A stretch of 47,470 nt of DNA from a virus (Duplodnaviria; Caudoviricetes). The notes beneath the pieces were generated by a model. That model was not told the origin of the DNA and ran no database searches. It saw only the letters and a list, made by a program, of their open reading frames with translations. Numbering within the stretch: the stretch's first letter is position 1; each line of letters starts with the position of its first letter. The stretch is taken from positions 1 to 47,470 of the IMG/VR virus record IMGVR_UViG_3300032247_001328. One strand, written 5' to 3'. Below, in pieces: positions 25,309-36,123 of the stretch. The position numbers and the translations under genes are program-made.

Positions 25309-26241
25309 ATGGAAGAGTTAGATTTCAATAATATAACCGAAGACAACTTTAAAATTCTGCAAGAGCAGGATCAAACAGAGCAGATAGAACCAGAGCAGGT
25401 AGAACAGCAACAAACAGAACAACAACCAGAATCACAACAACAAGAAGAGATTCGTGATGAAAAGCCGGTACAATCTGATTATAAATTCAAGGATGATTTT
25501 ATTAAGGATTTGGTTGATTATTACGAAAAGACTGGTGACATAATTCCGTATTTAGAAGCAAAGACAGTCGACTATAATCAAATACCAGATGAAGAGATTA
25601 TGAGACGTAATCTCAGAGAACAGTATTCTGACTTATCCGACAAGGCCTTTGATCGTCTATATAAACAACAAGTATTAGATCGTTTCAAATTAGATGCTGA
25701 TGAATGGGGAGAGGACGATTCTGAGTTAGGAAGAGAATTACTTAAATCAGAAGCGGACAAAATCCGTAACCAGTACATAGATTGGCAGAAAAAATTTAAG
25801 GCTCCGGAACCTGTAAATTCTAACCAAGACTATTCTAAAGAGTTTGAAAAAATGGTGTTACAAGATGAGTTTACCAATAGGGTTGTTGAAAGCAAGAAGC
25901 TAACAATTAAAACTCCAGATGGTGAATTCAATTACGAAATACCAGAAGCAACTTCACTTGTTAAAATGACCGTTGATAATGACAAGTTCTTCCAGCAATT
26001 TGCAGATGGTAAAGGGGGAATTGATTATGCAAGGTGGTATAAGACAGCTGCATACTCACAGAATCCTGAACAGTTTGAAAGATCGCTAATTAATTATGGA
26101 AAGACACTTGGAAGATCAGAGGTCACAAAAGAACTAAAAAACCCTAGTCAACCTCTCGGGGGTAGAGTGCCTTCAGATAGTTCATCAGACTTTAAGTCTG
26201 GATTATTAGAAGCCTTTGCAAGTAGAGGTGTTCATAAATAA
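25309..26241 (+). CDS. Putative scaffolding protein
   Basis: Very acidic and helical; lies between portal and capsid. Confidence 0.65.
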   Translation: MEELDFNNITEDNFKILQEQDQTEQIEPEQVEQQQTEQQPESQQQEEIRDEKPVQSDYKFKDDFIKDLVDYYEKTGDIIPYLEAKTVDYNQIPDEEIMRRNLREQYSDLSDKAFDRLYKQQVLDRFKLDADEWGEDDSELGRELLKSEADKIRNQYIDWQKKFKAPEPVNSNQDYSKEFEKMVLQDEFTNRVVESKKLTIKTPDGEFNYEIPEATSLVKMTVDNDKFFQQFADGKGGIDYARWYKTAAYSQNPEQFERSLINYGKTLGRSEVTKELKNPSQPLGGRVPSDSSSDFKSGLLEAFASRGVHK

Positions 26242-26243
26242 CC

Positions 26244-26260
26244 GTTCACGTTACGTGAAC
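26244..26260 (+). promoter_or_regulatory. Hairpin GTTCACG-TTA-CGTGAAC before the capsid gene
   Basis: Perfect 7-bp inverted repeat; probably an mRNA stability hairpin. Confidence 0.45.
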
Positions 26261-26276
26261 ACAAAACTTTTAAAAA

Positions 26277-27695
26277 ATGGCATACTCATACGGTAGTCAA
26301 ATTAATAAAAATTATATTTCCTCTACTGCGTTCTTAGACCAAAGGGAAATCCTCAACAAGATTTTAGATGTTACAAACGAAGAAAGTTCTTTCTTGGATG
26401 TAATGGAATTGACAGGTCGTTCTAACCCTACATCTGTACCAACTTATCACCACTTCGTGAACCAAGAGTTATACGTATTGGGAACTGTTTTATCTGTAAC
26501 TGGAAGTAGTACGGTAACTGCGACTATTGTTCTTGATACTGATAATAGTAATCTTGCATTTTTACAAGCAAATGCTGGTGATTTAGTTTTATTTTCTAAT
26601 GGTAAAGTTGGATACTTATTTAGTAAAAATGCAAGCACAAATGCAATTGTTGTAAAATCTGTAGATAATACAAACTTAACCGTTACTGCTGCTGATAAAT
26701 TATCATTCTTTTCTAATGCAGCCGGTGAAGGTTCTCTTTCTCCAGATGCAAGAAAATGGCAAGTTACCAAGTATCAAAATCAGGTGCAAACATTTAAGGC
26801 TAAATTCCAAATCACTGATATTCAAAAGGCTTCTAAGGTTGAAGTTGAATTTCAGGGCAAGCCTTTCTACATGTACAAGGGGCAGCATGATTCATTGTTA
26901 AAATTCCGTGGAGATATTTCTGCTGCATTATTGTTTGGTAAAATTTCTGCTATTGCGGCTTTTGACAATACTTATAACAACTATGCTGGTAACAATAGTG
27001 GTTTCCCTGCTGGAACTGGTGCCCAATTGATTGATGGTGAATCAAATCCGGTATCAACTACCATGGGTCTTGATCAATATGCATCATTGTATGGATATAC
27101 TACTACTTATGGAGCTGCTCAATCTGCTGATGGTGTTATAACAACTGATAAGTTGATGACAATAACTAAAGCATTAAACAAGTTACGTGCTCCTCAAGAG
27201 TATTTCTTATTCTCTGGATCTACCGGTACTATTGCTTTTGATAACTATTTAAATGCAATGGCTGGCACTTCAACTGTTGGAACTAACTCTACTATTTCTA
27301 CTCAAACAAGGTTTAATATTTCTGGAAAAGAAATTGATTTGGGAATTGATACATTTAAAATCTATGGTAGAACTTACCACAGAAAGTATTTGCCAATTCT
27401 TGATCACCAGAATATTGTAAACTATACTTCAACCCATGGTTTATCTGATGCAATCTATGGTGTTCCGGCAACTAAGCAAAAAACCGTTGATGGTCAAATG
27501 CTTGATAGAATTCAGGTTAGATACATGGCAGGTGATGGTCTTGATCTTAAGTATCGTGAAATTTTGTTGGGTGGACTTGCTCCGGTTCCAACAAATGAAA
27601 GAAGCGTGCTTGAAATTCACTACCAATCTACACAGGGATTGCAAGTTTTAGGTGCAAACCATTTATTCAAAATTAAAGATTACGCAGGTGTGTAA
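26277..27695 (+). CDS. Major capsid protein
   Basis: 472 aa at the portal-scaffold-capsid position; YQNQVQTFK, ALLFG and TTMGL motifs; followed by a terminator. Confidence 0.82.
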   Translation: MAYSYGSQINKNYISSTAFLDQREILNKILDVTNEESSFLDVMELTGRSNPTSVPTYHHFVNQELYVLGTVLSVTGSSTVTATIVLDTDNSNLAFLQANAGDLVLFSNGKVGYLFSKNASTNAIVVKSVDNTNLTVTAADKLSFFSNAAGEGSLSPDARKWQVTKYQNQVQTFKAKFQITDIQKASKVEVEFQGKPFYMYKGQHDSLLKFRGDISAALLFGKISAIAAFDNTYNNYAGNNSGFPAGTGAQLIDGESNPVSTTMGLDQYASLYGYTTTYGAAQSADGVITTDKLMTITKALNKLRAPQEYFLFSGSTGTIAFDNYLNAMAGTSTVGTNSTISTQTRFNISGKEIDLGIDTFKIYGRTYHRKYLPILDHQNIVNYTSTHGLSDAIYGVPATKQKTVDGQMLDRIQVRYMAGDGLDLKYREILLGGLAPVPTNERSVLEIHYQSTQGLQVLGANHLFKIKDYAGV

Positions 27696-27707
27696 TTAAA
27701 ATAAAAT

Positions 27708-27730
27708 AAGGGGGATGAAAGTCCCCCTTT
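27708..27730 (+). terminator. Intrinsic terminator after the capsid gene
   Basis: AAGGGGGAT-GAAA-GTCCCCCTT-T, with a GNRA loop. Confidence 0.75.
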
Positions 27731-27743
27731 AAAATAACCAACA

Positions 27744-28577
27744 ATGAAAAAAACTAGCGAGTTTAACAACATTAGTGACAAATTATTAGCTTCAACTAAG
27801 CTTAAAAAGGGTGAAACTGTTACATATAAAATAATAAATATTAGCAGAAACCCTACAAATCCAAATGAATACATATTCCCATCTGGTGTAAATGTTCCTA
27901 GTATTGATCAAATATGGGATGAGGAATTAAATGAATTCATAGATATTGCAGCAATTCAGACAGTATCAAGGGATGGTAATCATGGTTTACATAATATTAC
28001 ATTTTGGGGAAGTCAGGCGTGCCACATTACATTAAGGGGTGGTATTGCGGCAGACCAAGAGATACACAGTTTTTTAGCGTTATGTAATTTTAATGCATCT
28101 AACCCTAACAGGGATACTACTAAAGAAATTATTATTGAACAGGTTGATGAAAATAAAAAATCAGAATCTGAACGCAAACTTAGAAACCTTAAGAGGGAAG
28201 CATTAAACCTTGCCGTTGATTTAGGTGTGGATGATGTTAAGAATCTAGTGGCTGCACTTGGTAAGGATGATACAAGAAAGATTGACATCTTAAGAAACGA
28301 ATTGGAAATATTTGCAGATCGGGATCCAGTAGGATTCTTAGAAATAGCAAACAATAAACAGGCAGCATTAAAGGCTGTATTGAATAGAGCCTTAACAAAG
28401 GGCGTGATATTATTTAACGTAGAGCAGTCTATGTTTACTTGGCCAAACAACGAGGCGATATTAACCGTATCACGTACAACCGGAGGAGATAATGTAGATG
28501 AACTTTTATCTTATTGTATCAGTAGTACAAAGGGAGAAAAGGTTTTTCAAACCATACAATCAAAATCGAAAAAATAG
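27744..28577 (+). CDS. Conserved-type protein downstream of the capsid gene, unknown function
   Basis: 277-aa ORF. Confidence 0.7.
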   Translation: MKKTSEFNNISDKLLASTKLKKGETVTYKIINISRNPTNPNEYIFPSGVNVPSIDQIWDEELNEFIDIAAIQTVSRDGNHGLHNITFWGSQACHITLRGGIAADQEIHSFLALCNFNASNPNRDTTKEIIIEQVDENKKSESERKLRNLKREALNLAVDLGVDDVKNLVAALGKDDTRKIDILRNELEIFADRDPVGFLEIANNKQAALKAVLNRALTKGVILFNVEQSMFTWPNNEAILTVSRTTGGDNVDELLSYCISSTKGEKVFQTIQSKSKK

Positions 28578-28605
28578 CTTTGTCTCTCGTAGTTGTTTGT
28601 TTGGT

Positions 28606-28641
28606 TATCCCCCCGTTCTTTCTAGTTCGGGGGTTATTTTG
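28606..28641 (+). terminator. Hairpin CCCCCG...CGGGGG-TTATTTT
   Basis: GC stem with T tract after the stop at 28577; the right arm is an AGTTCGGGGG motif copy. Confidence 0.55.
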
Positions 28642-28652
28642 ATAAAAAGAAT

Positions 28653-28660
28653 TAACTTTG
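28653..28660 (+). promoter_or_regulatory. -7 element TAACTTTG, 4 nt before the ATG (near-leaderless mRNA)
   Basis: TAnnTTTG match after the terminator. Confidence 0.5.
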
Positions 28661-28664
28661 TAAC

Positions 28665-29849
28665 ATGGCTGTTCTTCCAAATGTATCTTTTTCGGTACAA
28701 TTAAATACTTCTTCAACTCCAAAGTTAATATTAACTGACACGTCAACGCACGGGGTAGACAGAAGAGCCATATTTACAATACAACAACCGGATGGTTATG
28801 TACGCACAGGGAACTGGGCAACCCCCGATCTTACAGCCGGTGTTTATGTATTTGAAATACCATTAAGACTAGACTCTAGTGGCGGATTCCAATGTGGATC
28901 TTATAACATACAAATGGAAAATAGTGCCAATAACTATGATCCAACATACTTTACTAGATCATTTAATTTAGTATTTAACAATCCATCCTTAGTTATCAAA
29001 AATAACTTTGATGTATTTAAGCCTAATTTAAATGTGTCTGATACAACATCTTATAGTGTTACTAGTTTTACAACAGGTACAATAACAAGAAGCTGGTCGG
29101 GAGTAAGCACACCTACGGGTACAATAACCGGAACAAGCCAGACATTTAGTTTAGCATATAATGGTAATTTCTATGATGCAACTTATGCAATTAGTTTAAC
29201 ATCTACTGTTACATACACTAGCACAACGTATTCTTGGTTAACTGTAGTACAGAAGCAAACAAAGTCAACATCGATTTGTGCGATGACTCCTCCAACGATA
29301 TCTCAGATGATATACCTTATTGATGGACTTCGGGATACAAGTTGCAGTGGTAATGATGCAAAATTCACTCAAGCACAGGCATTATATACGCATATAGTTG
29401 ATAAAATAAGAAATAATAATACAACAGATATTTATGTAGATATTGCACAGTTATTAAGCTTATTTAATATGAGTTGCACAAATAGTGGTGCAATCATACC
29501 TGCTTATGTTTTACCAGAAACTGGTGGAAGTTCAAATCTAAACATATATTCAATATTAGTTGGTAATGGTACTAGTTTAGATTATACCATAACACATAAC
29601 TTAGGTTCTACTAATATACAAGTTCAAGTATATAAAGTGAGCACCGGAGAACTTATAATCTGTGATGTAGTTGTACTTACCTTAAATACTGTTAAGATAA
29701 GTTTTTATGCTGCACCTGCATTTAATGCATATAATGTAGTAATTGTAGGAGGAGCATCTGGTAATTTCAATACAAAGACAAGTGTAGACGGAGGGGGAGC
29801 ATCAGCTGTATATTCACCAAGCCAAATCATAAATGGTGGGGGAGCATAA
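28665..29849 (+). CDS. Structural protein (Ig-like/beta-rich, T/S-rich)
   Basis: C-terminal ITHNLG..IQVQVY domain typical of phage tail/decoration proteins. Confidence 0.6.
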   Translation: MAVLPNVSFSVQLNTSSTPKLILTDTSTHGVDRRAIFTIQQPDGYVRTGNWATPDLTAGVYVFEIPLRLDSSGGFQCGSYNIQMENSANNYDPTYFTRSFNLVFNNPSLVIKNNFDVFKPNLNVSDTTSYSVTSFTTGTITRSWSGVSTPTGTITGTSQTFSLAYNGNFYDATYAISLTSTVTYTSTTYSWLTVVQKQTKSTSICAMTPPTISQMIYLIDGLRDTSCSGNDAKFTQAQALYTHIVDKIRNNNTTDIYVDIAQLLSLFNMSCTNSGAIIPAYVLPETGGSSNLNIYSILVGNGTSLDYTITHNLGSTNIQVQVYKVSTGELIICDVVVLTLNTVKISFYAAPAFNAYNVVIVGGASGNFNTKTSVDGGGASAVYSPSQIINGGGA

Positions 29850-29859
29850 ATAATATAAA

Positions 29860-32214
29860 ATGGCAAATCAAATACAATTTAGACGTGATACTTCTGCAAA
29901 CTGGTCATCAGTAAATCCAATACTTGCACAGGGAGAGATAGGTGTAAACATATCATCAACTCCATTTACATTTAAATTTGGTAATGGTGTAGATAATTGG
30001 AATACATTACCATACCAAAGCACAGGAGGAAGTGGTGGATCAGTAGCTTGGGGTGCCATAACAGGAACATTGTCTAATCAGGGTGATTTACAAATTGCGT
30101 TGAATGCAAAACAAAATACATTAGTATCCGGAACTAATATTAAGACGGTCAACGGAACATCCATCCTTGGAACCGGAAATCTATCTATTGGTATTAATAA
30201 CTTATCAGATGTTTTCCCACAAGCAATTACCGGTTATGGAGCATTAGTTTATGATGATGGAATTTCAAAATGGAAATATATTCCTAATAAATATGTAGAA
30301 GTAGATACTGCAACTGTTGTTAATGGTTCATTTACAGTATATAATACCAGTTATGATAGACCTACCATAACAGGATCTTTATTATACAATTTAACTTATG
30401 GAATTGAAGTAGCAGCGGATCAATTTATAAACTCACCTTCTGTTATATTTGGTATTAGCAGTGTTACGCAGGGATTTGTAAAACCTAGAATGACAACTGC
30501 CCAGAGAAATGCAATTGCATCTCCAGTTAAGGGATTAGAAGTTTTTGATACTACTTTAAATTTGCCTTACTATTATAATGGAACATCTTGGGTTTCTGTA
30601 AATAATACAACATCATGGGGTAGTATTACCGGAACTTTATCAAATCAAACAGACTTACAGAATGCTTTAAACGCAAAACAGGCAACGTTAGTAAGCGGCA
30701 CAAATATAAAAACTGTAAATGGAAATAGTTTATTAGGTAGTGGTGACATTACAATATCTGCAAGTTCGGGGTTAACTTCACTAAATGCTTTAACAGCATC
30801 AACACAAATCTTTGCAACATCAACAACTGGAACAGACTTTACAATTACAAGTGCAACATCAACTCATACATTTAATCTTCCAACAGCATCAGCATCTGTA
30901 AGGGGATTATTAAGTTCTGCTAACTGGACAACATTTAACAATAAATTAAGTTATACCGGTGCGACTGCTGATTTAAATTTAGGTGTTTACAACTTAATTA
31001 CTAACAATGTATTTACGGGATTTACTTCGGTTGCAGCTTCAGGTACACTTATAACTTTAACTATTTCATCAACACCTTACTATAACGTAACAGGAAGCGG
31101 CGGACAAATTATAAAGCTGCCAGATGCAACAACCTTGCAAAATGGGGCAACATTTGTTTTCAATAACAATCAATCGAGCGGAGCGATAACGGTTAACAAT
31201 AACAGCAACACTTTAATTGCTTCTATACCTTCTGGCGGTTATGTTACAGTTACTTTACTTTCAAATTCAATAGCGGCTGGCAGTTGGGACAGACATTTTG
31301 AAGCACCAGCAAACGTTTCATGGAGTACAAATACTTTTGATTATAACGGAAGCATTACCTCTGCCACTTGGAATGGTGTAGCAATTACAGATACTTATAT
31401 AAGTTCTGCTTCTACTTGGAACAGTAAACAAGCAGCTTTAAACGGCACAGGGTTTGTAAAAATTAGCGGTACGACAATAAGTTATGACAACTCTACTTAT
31501 TTAACCTCAATTACTTCTGCAAACGTAACAACAGCTTTAGGATTTACGCCTTACAATGCTACTAATCCAAATGGATATATAACCTCATCAGGAACTGCTG
31601 CAAATGTAAGTGGAACGGTGGCTATAGCAAATGGTGGAACAGGAGCAACTTCAGCATCTGCTGCATTAACTGCATTAGGTGCTTATGCTGCATCTAATCC
31701 AAGTGGTTATATATCAGCAAATCAAACTATAACTTTAAGCGGAGATGTAACAGGATCGGGAACAACTGCTATTACGTCAACACTTGCAACAGTATCACAA
31801 GCATCAAGCGGAAACTTTGTAAAAGTAACATTAGATACAAAGGGAAGGGTGACAGGTAATACTGCTGTAACTGCGGCAGACATTACTAATCTAGGCTTTG
31901 TAGCTACGATTACAACAAATAGACAAATAGCATCATATACACTGGTTATTGGTGATTATGGTAAACTTGTAGAGATGAATGTTGCAACTGCTAATACGTT
32001 GACTGTTCCAACAAATGCATCGGTAGCATTTCCAATAGGAACACAAATCTTGATATCACAGTATGGTGCAGGAGCTTGCACAGTTACGGCAGCTAGTGGG
32101 GTGACATTAAGAAGTGAAAGTTCGAAATTAAAAACAAACGGACAATATAGTGGTGCAACTTTGGTTAAGATTGCAACAGATGAATGGTATGTTTTTGGTA
32201 ATTTAACAGCATAA
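29860..32214 (+). CDS. Tail fibre protein
   Basis: N-terminal IQFRRDTSANW...LAQGEIG...FKFGNG (Mtd-N/hyaluronidase-like) domain; G/T/S-rich mosaic repeats; C-terminal FPIGT..Q.GAG...LVK.ATDEW..GNL. Confidence 0.85.
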   Translation: MANQIQFRRDTSANWSSVNPILAQGEIGVNISSTPFTFKFGNGVDNWNTLPYQSTGGSGGSVAWGAITGTLSNQGDLQIALNAKQNTLVSGTNIKTVNGTSILGTGNLSIGINNLSDVFPQAITGYGALVYDDGISKWKYIPNKYVEVDTATVVNGSFTVYNTSYDRPTITGSLLYNLTYGIEVAADQFINSPSVIFGISSVTQGFVKPRMTTAQRNAIASPVKGLEVFDTTLNLPYYYNGTSWVSVNNTTSWGSITGTLSNQTDLQNALNAKQATLVSGTNIKTVNGNSLLGSGDITISASSGLTSLNALTASTQIFATSTTGTDFTITSATSTHTFNLPTASASVRGLLSSANWTTFNNKLSYTGATADLNLGVYNLITNNVFTGFTSVAASGTLITLTISSTPYYNVTGSGGQIIKLPDATTLQNGATFVFNNNQSSGAITVNNNSNTLIASIPSGGYVTVTLLSNSIAAGSWDRHFEAPANVSWSTNTFDYNGSITSATWNGVAITDTYISSASTWNSKQAALNGTGFVKISGTTISYDNSTYLTSITSANVTTALGFTPYNATNPNGYITSSGTAANVSGTVAIANGGTGATSASAALTALGAYAASNPSGYISANQTITLSGDVTGSGTTAITSTLATVSQASSGNFVKVTLDTKGRVTGNTAVTAADITNLGFVATITTNRQIASYTLVIGDYGKLVEMNVATANTLTVPTNASVAFPIGTQILISQYGAGACTVTAASGVTLRSESSKLKTNGQYSGATLVKIATDEWYVFGNLTA
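30049..30757 (+). repeat. Internal duplicated module in the tail fibre (WG.ITGTLSNQ.DLQ.ALNAKQ.TLVSGTNIKTVNG.S.LG.G), at about 30049-30190 and 30616-30757
   Basis: Two copies visible in the translation. Confidence 0.85.
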
Positions 32215-33032
32215 TAATGATATTAGCAGCAATAGGTGTAACGGCAAGTAAGGCAGGTAGCAGTTTTGATTCTGATGCACAAGCATTCATTACAGCAGCG
32301 TCAATTACTGATACTACCCAACAAACTGCCATTAATACAATGGTAACAAGTTTAAAATCCAATTCATTGTGGACTAAAATGTTAGCAATATGGCCAATGA
32401 TTGGAGGAACTGAAGCTGCACACAAATTAAATTTAAAAAATCCTGCAAATACTGATGCTGCATACAGATTGAGTTTCAATGGATCATGGACACATAGTTC
32501 TTTAGGTGCAGAAACTAACGGATCAAACACATGGGCGGACACATTTATTCAACCTGCTAACTCATCATTAGGTCAAAATGATATTGCAATATCTTATTAT
32601 GTCAGAAATGCTACAAATGATGGTTCATTATTCTCAATTTTAGGGGGTGGTAATAATGGTATAAAGTTTGAATTAAGAAGTGCAGTTGGTAATGGAGCAT
32701 ATCAATGTTTAAATTCTAATGAAAATGGAACTGGAGATGGCAATGCTACCAAAACAGGATTATTGGTTTTATCAAGGGTTGCCTCTACTGAGTTTAAGAG
32801 ATATGGTAGAGGAACACTAGATTATACATATACTGCAACAAGTAATACCGTGGTATCAGGTTATAATATAAACATTGGTTGTAAATACCAAACGCCATCT
32901 TCTAGGAGTGAATATACCGCAGCTAAATGTTCATTTGCATCGATTGGAAATGGATTGTCAGCAACCGAAGTTGGAAATTTAAACACAATAGTTCAGGCTT
33001 GTCAAACATCATTATCACGAAATATTTATTAA
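32214..33032 (+). CDS. Tail-associated protein
   Basis: DSDAQAFITAA...LK...LWTKM.AIWP.IGGT..AH..NL motif; lies in the fibre cluster. Confidence 0.65.
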   Translation: MMILAAIGVTASKAGSSFDSDAQAFITAASITDTTQQTAINTMVTSLKSNSLWTKMLAIWPMIGGTEAAHKLNLKNPANTDAAYRLSFNGSWTHSSLGAETNGSNTWADTFIQPANSSLGQNDIAISYYVRNATNDGSLFSILGGGNNGIKFELRSAVGNGAYQCLNSNENGTGDGNATKTGLLVLSRVASTEFKRYGRGTLDYTYTATSNTVVSGYNINIGCKYQTPSSRSEYTAAKCSFASIGNGLSATEVGNLNTIVQACQTSLSRNIY

Positions 33033-33033
33033 A

Positions 33034-33255
33034 ATGATAGGCGGAAAATTAACAATAGAGCAAAGGGATATTTTATATAATCAAAAGTATTTAGACTCAA
33101 CTTACTTTAATCCAGTTGAAGATATAAATGGTGATTGGTTTATTTTTGAGGAGGAAATGAAATGCGACATACCTGAATTTGCATTTGTACAAAATTTACC
33201 ACTATTTGAATTTGTTCCAAAACCTATAAAAGAAAACTATGCAAGTATTAACTAA
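33034..33255 (+). CDS. Small tail-cluster protein
   Basis: YFNPVEDINGDWFI. Confidence 0.6.
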   Translation: MIGGKLTIEQRDILYNQKYLDSTYFNPVEDINGDWFIFEEEMKCDIPEFAFVQNLPLFEFVPKPIKENYASIN

Positions 33256-35833
33256 TTTACTTATAAAGGCTGGTCTAGTTGTAGAAGGAACTACAAATCT
33301 TCAGGGTGTATCTAGGGCATTAACTCCAGATTATGGGGACAATAGCACAAAAATAGCAACAACTGAATTTATTTATAATAGGATTTCTTCATTAAACCTT
33401 ATAGAATTACAAGATGTATCTACAAGTAATTTAATTACTGGAAGTCTATTAAAATATGAAGATGGAGTTTGGTATCCAGTTAGTGGGTATGTAAGAGCTG
33501 ATCCTATAATTAATTCAGTACCATATTTTAGCAATACAGATCCGGGAGAATATTATATTGGGTCAACGATAATGAACTACCAAGATGGTAGTGGATTTAC
33601 AGTTTTAGGCCCAGATGATGAATTAGCATTTAGATCTGCGGCCGGTGGAAATGGAATTGGATTGCAAGGAGAATCATATTCAAATTATGGTGTTTTTGGA
33701 ATGTCTAATACTGGAACTGGTGTATACGGACAATCTAATAGTAGTAATGGTGTATATGCAAAATCTACAACTAGTTATGGATTATACGCACAATCTACTA
33801 GTGGAACTGGTGCATACGCAAAAAGTTCAAGTGGTTATGGATTATATTCAGAATCTACTACTAATTATGGGGCATATATAAAATCCGGTAGTTCTATAGG
33901 TTTATATGTAACAAGTACATCTGGTGATATACAACAATGGCTTTCAGGTTCAACATCAAAAGCTAAAATAACAAACAATGGTAATCTATTAATAGGTACT
34001 GATACAGAAACTACTGGATATAAATTAAAGGTAGCATCTGATGTTATATTTAATAGCATATATGTAGGATTAGGTGGTGGTCAGGTTGCTGGTAATATAT
34101 CTATCGGGCCAACAAAAATTGGAGAAGTATCAAATAATAGTACGGGTGATTATTTATTTGCATTTGGTAATAAGGTATTAAGAAGAAATACAACAGGTAG
34201 AGCAAATATTGGAATTGGCAATGAAGCATTAGATAATAATACAACGGGTAGTTATAATACTGCCGTTTCCATACAGGCATTGTTAGGGAATACAACGGGC
34301 AGTAATAATACTGGAATAGGTTTATTTGCAAATTTATTTAATACTACAGGATCTTTTAATGTATCAATTGGTGCATATTCAGGAACAAATAATACGGGTG
34401 GTGCTGGAATAAATGGTGATTATAATATATTGATTGGAGTAAAAAATTATGCCGGTATAACTTCAGGCAATAACAATGTAATTATAGGAAGCCAGATTAC
34501 AGGTTCAACAGCAACATTATCTAACAATATTATAATTGCAGATGGTGCTGGTAATATTAGATTTAGAGATAATGGTACTAGTACAATATTATCAAGATTA
34601 GTTGGCACTGGAACTAGAATGGTTGTAGTAAATGATTCTGGTGAATTGTCTACACAAACAATCGGTTCGGGAGGAGTAACAGGTTCTGGAACAACAAATT
34701 ACATTCCTAAGTGGACATCAACTTCAGCTCTAGGTAGTAGTTTAATATATGATAACGGTACAAATATAGGCATTGGAACAACATCACCATCAAGAAAATT
34801 AGATGTAAATGGAGATGTAAATATTGCACAATTATTAGTTGTAAGTAATGATATTTATTCAAGTGGTGTTTTAACCAATAATATCAGAGCAAATACATTA
34901 ACTTATATACCATTCTTATCAAATCAATCTCCTTATGGAGAAATAATGAGGATTCAAAATAATGGAAATATATTAATTGGTGAAACAGTAGATAATAATT
35001 CAGGTGCTAAATTACAAATAAAAGGGTCAACAGCATTTTCATTAACAAGCAGTACAAATTCTGTAAACTTTCAGTTCTATACAAATAATGGTTCAACACA
35101 AGCAGCCATAGAATCAGGTAATGGCAGCTTGTCTTTTAGAACAGGAGGATTATACACACAGAATTTAATAATTACATCTACAGGCAATGTTTTAATTGGC
35201 ACTACAACAAATATTACCTCATCAATTTTTACTGTTGATAGTACTACACAAGGATTCTTAAAACCAAGGATGACAAGCACCCAGCGTGGTCAAATTTCAA
35301 ACCCAGTTGCCGGTTTAGAGGTGTATGATACAACGGCAAATTTACCATACTATTATAATGGAACGGCATGGCAATCAGGAACTGGTGGATTAACAGGAAC
35401 CGGAACAAGTGGGTACATACCTAAATTTACCGGCACAAGTACGGTAGGGAATAGCATTATTGCTGAAATAAGTAACACCATAGTAGTGGGTGGAACTCAA
35501 TCAACAGGTGCAAAACTACACGTAAGTGGAGGTATTAGTATAGGTAGTTATCAATCCTATGATAATAACTATGATTTACATGTTTTTGGATCCACAAAAG
35601 TAGGATCTGCATTGGATGTAATAGGTCATATAGTTTCAAATGCATACATTGAGACCGGAGACTATTCAACTCAAACAGGTGGACAACTTAGAATATGGAG
35701 CGGCACAACAGTTCCAATAGATATTCATATAAATCCGTCAATATTATCAAGTTCAGCTGGTGCCGCAGGTAATTATCTACCTATTATAATTAATGGGAAT
35801 ACAGTCCTTATACAACTTTTTGGAACGCCTTAA
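33239..35833 (+). CDS. Tail fibre/spike protein
   Basis: DNSTKIATT, 10-aa GVY/GLY..S repeats, 17-aa NTTG..N..IG repeats, and NIGIGTTSP/GNVLIGTT fibre motifs. Confidence 0.85.
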   Translation: MQVLTNLLIKAGLVVEGTTNLQGVSRALTPDYGDNSTKIATTEFIYNRISSLNLIELQDVSTSNLITGSLLKYEDGVWYPVSGYVRADPIINSVPYFSNTDPGEYYIGSTIMNYQDGSGFTVLGPDDELAFRSAAGGNGIGLQGESYSNYGVFGMSNTGTGVYGQSNSSNGVYAKSTTSYGLYAQSTSGTGAYAKSSSGYGLYSESTTNYGAYIKSGSSIGLYVTSTSGDIQQWLSGSTSKAKITNNGNLLIGTDTETTGYKLKVASDVIFNSIYVGLGGGQVAGNISIGPTKIGEVSNNSTGDYLFAFGNKVLRRNTTGRANIGIGNEALDNNTTGSYNTAVSIQALLGNTTGSNNTGIGLFANLFNTTGSFNVSIGAYSGTNNTGGAGINGDYNILIGVKNYAGITSGNNNVIIGSQITGSTATLSNNIIIADGAGNIRFRDNGTSTILSRLVGTGTRMVVVNDSGELSTQTIGSGGVTGSGTTNYIPKWTSTSALGSSLIYDNGTNIGIGTTSPSRKLDVNGDVNIAQLLVVSNDIYSSGVLTNNIRANTLTYIPFLSNQSPYGEIMRIQNNGNILIGETVDNNSGAKLQIKGSTAFSLTSSTNSVNFQFYTNNGSTQAAIESGNGSLSFRTGGLYTQNLIITSTGNVLIGTTTNITSSIFTVDSTTQGFLKPRMTSTQRGQISNPVAGLEVYDTTANLPYYYNGTAWQSGTGGLTGTGTSGYIPKFTGTSTVGNSIIAEISNTIVVGGTQSTGAKLHVSGGISIGSYQSYDNNYDLHVFGSTKVGSALDVIGHIVSNAYIETGDYSTQTGGQLRIWSGTTVPIDIHINPSILSSSAGAAGNYLPIIINGNTVLIQLFGTP

Positions 35834-35843
35834 AAAAAACAAC

Positions 35844-36101
35844 ATGGCAATTAAATTCAATCTATCAGAACCAATTTCATTTTTCAATTCGCAAATCACG
35901 AACGGAGATCTAGTACTTAACTACCCAAGCGGATCATCCTATTGGAGATTATTAAACAATGACGACAAAAAACTTTTAGATGGCAATTATACATTCCCGT
36001 CAGAAGTGTTAAATGAGTGGACAACATCAGACGATGTTCTAATCAACCACTTATTAACAGTCAAGCCATGGGAAATAAAACCAGATTTAAGTATAAATTA
36101 G
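35844..36101 (+). CDS. Small tail-cluster protein
   Basis: Likely start MAIKFNL after an A-rich leader. Confidence 0.6.
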   Translation: MAIKFNLSEPISFFNSQITNGDLVLNYPSGSSYWRLLNNDDKKLLDGNYTFPSEVLNEWTTSDDVLINHLLTVKPWEIKPDLSIN

Positions 36102-36123
36102 TATCTTTACAAAAAAATCAAAC

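Noticed and set aside
29860-35833. Diversity-generating retroelement acting on the tail fibres
   Set aside because: No reverse transcriptase and no TR/VR pair with adenine-specific differences were seen; the repeats are diverged protein modules.
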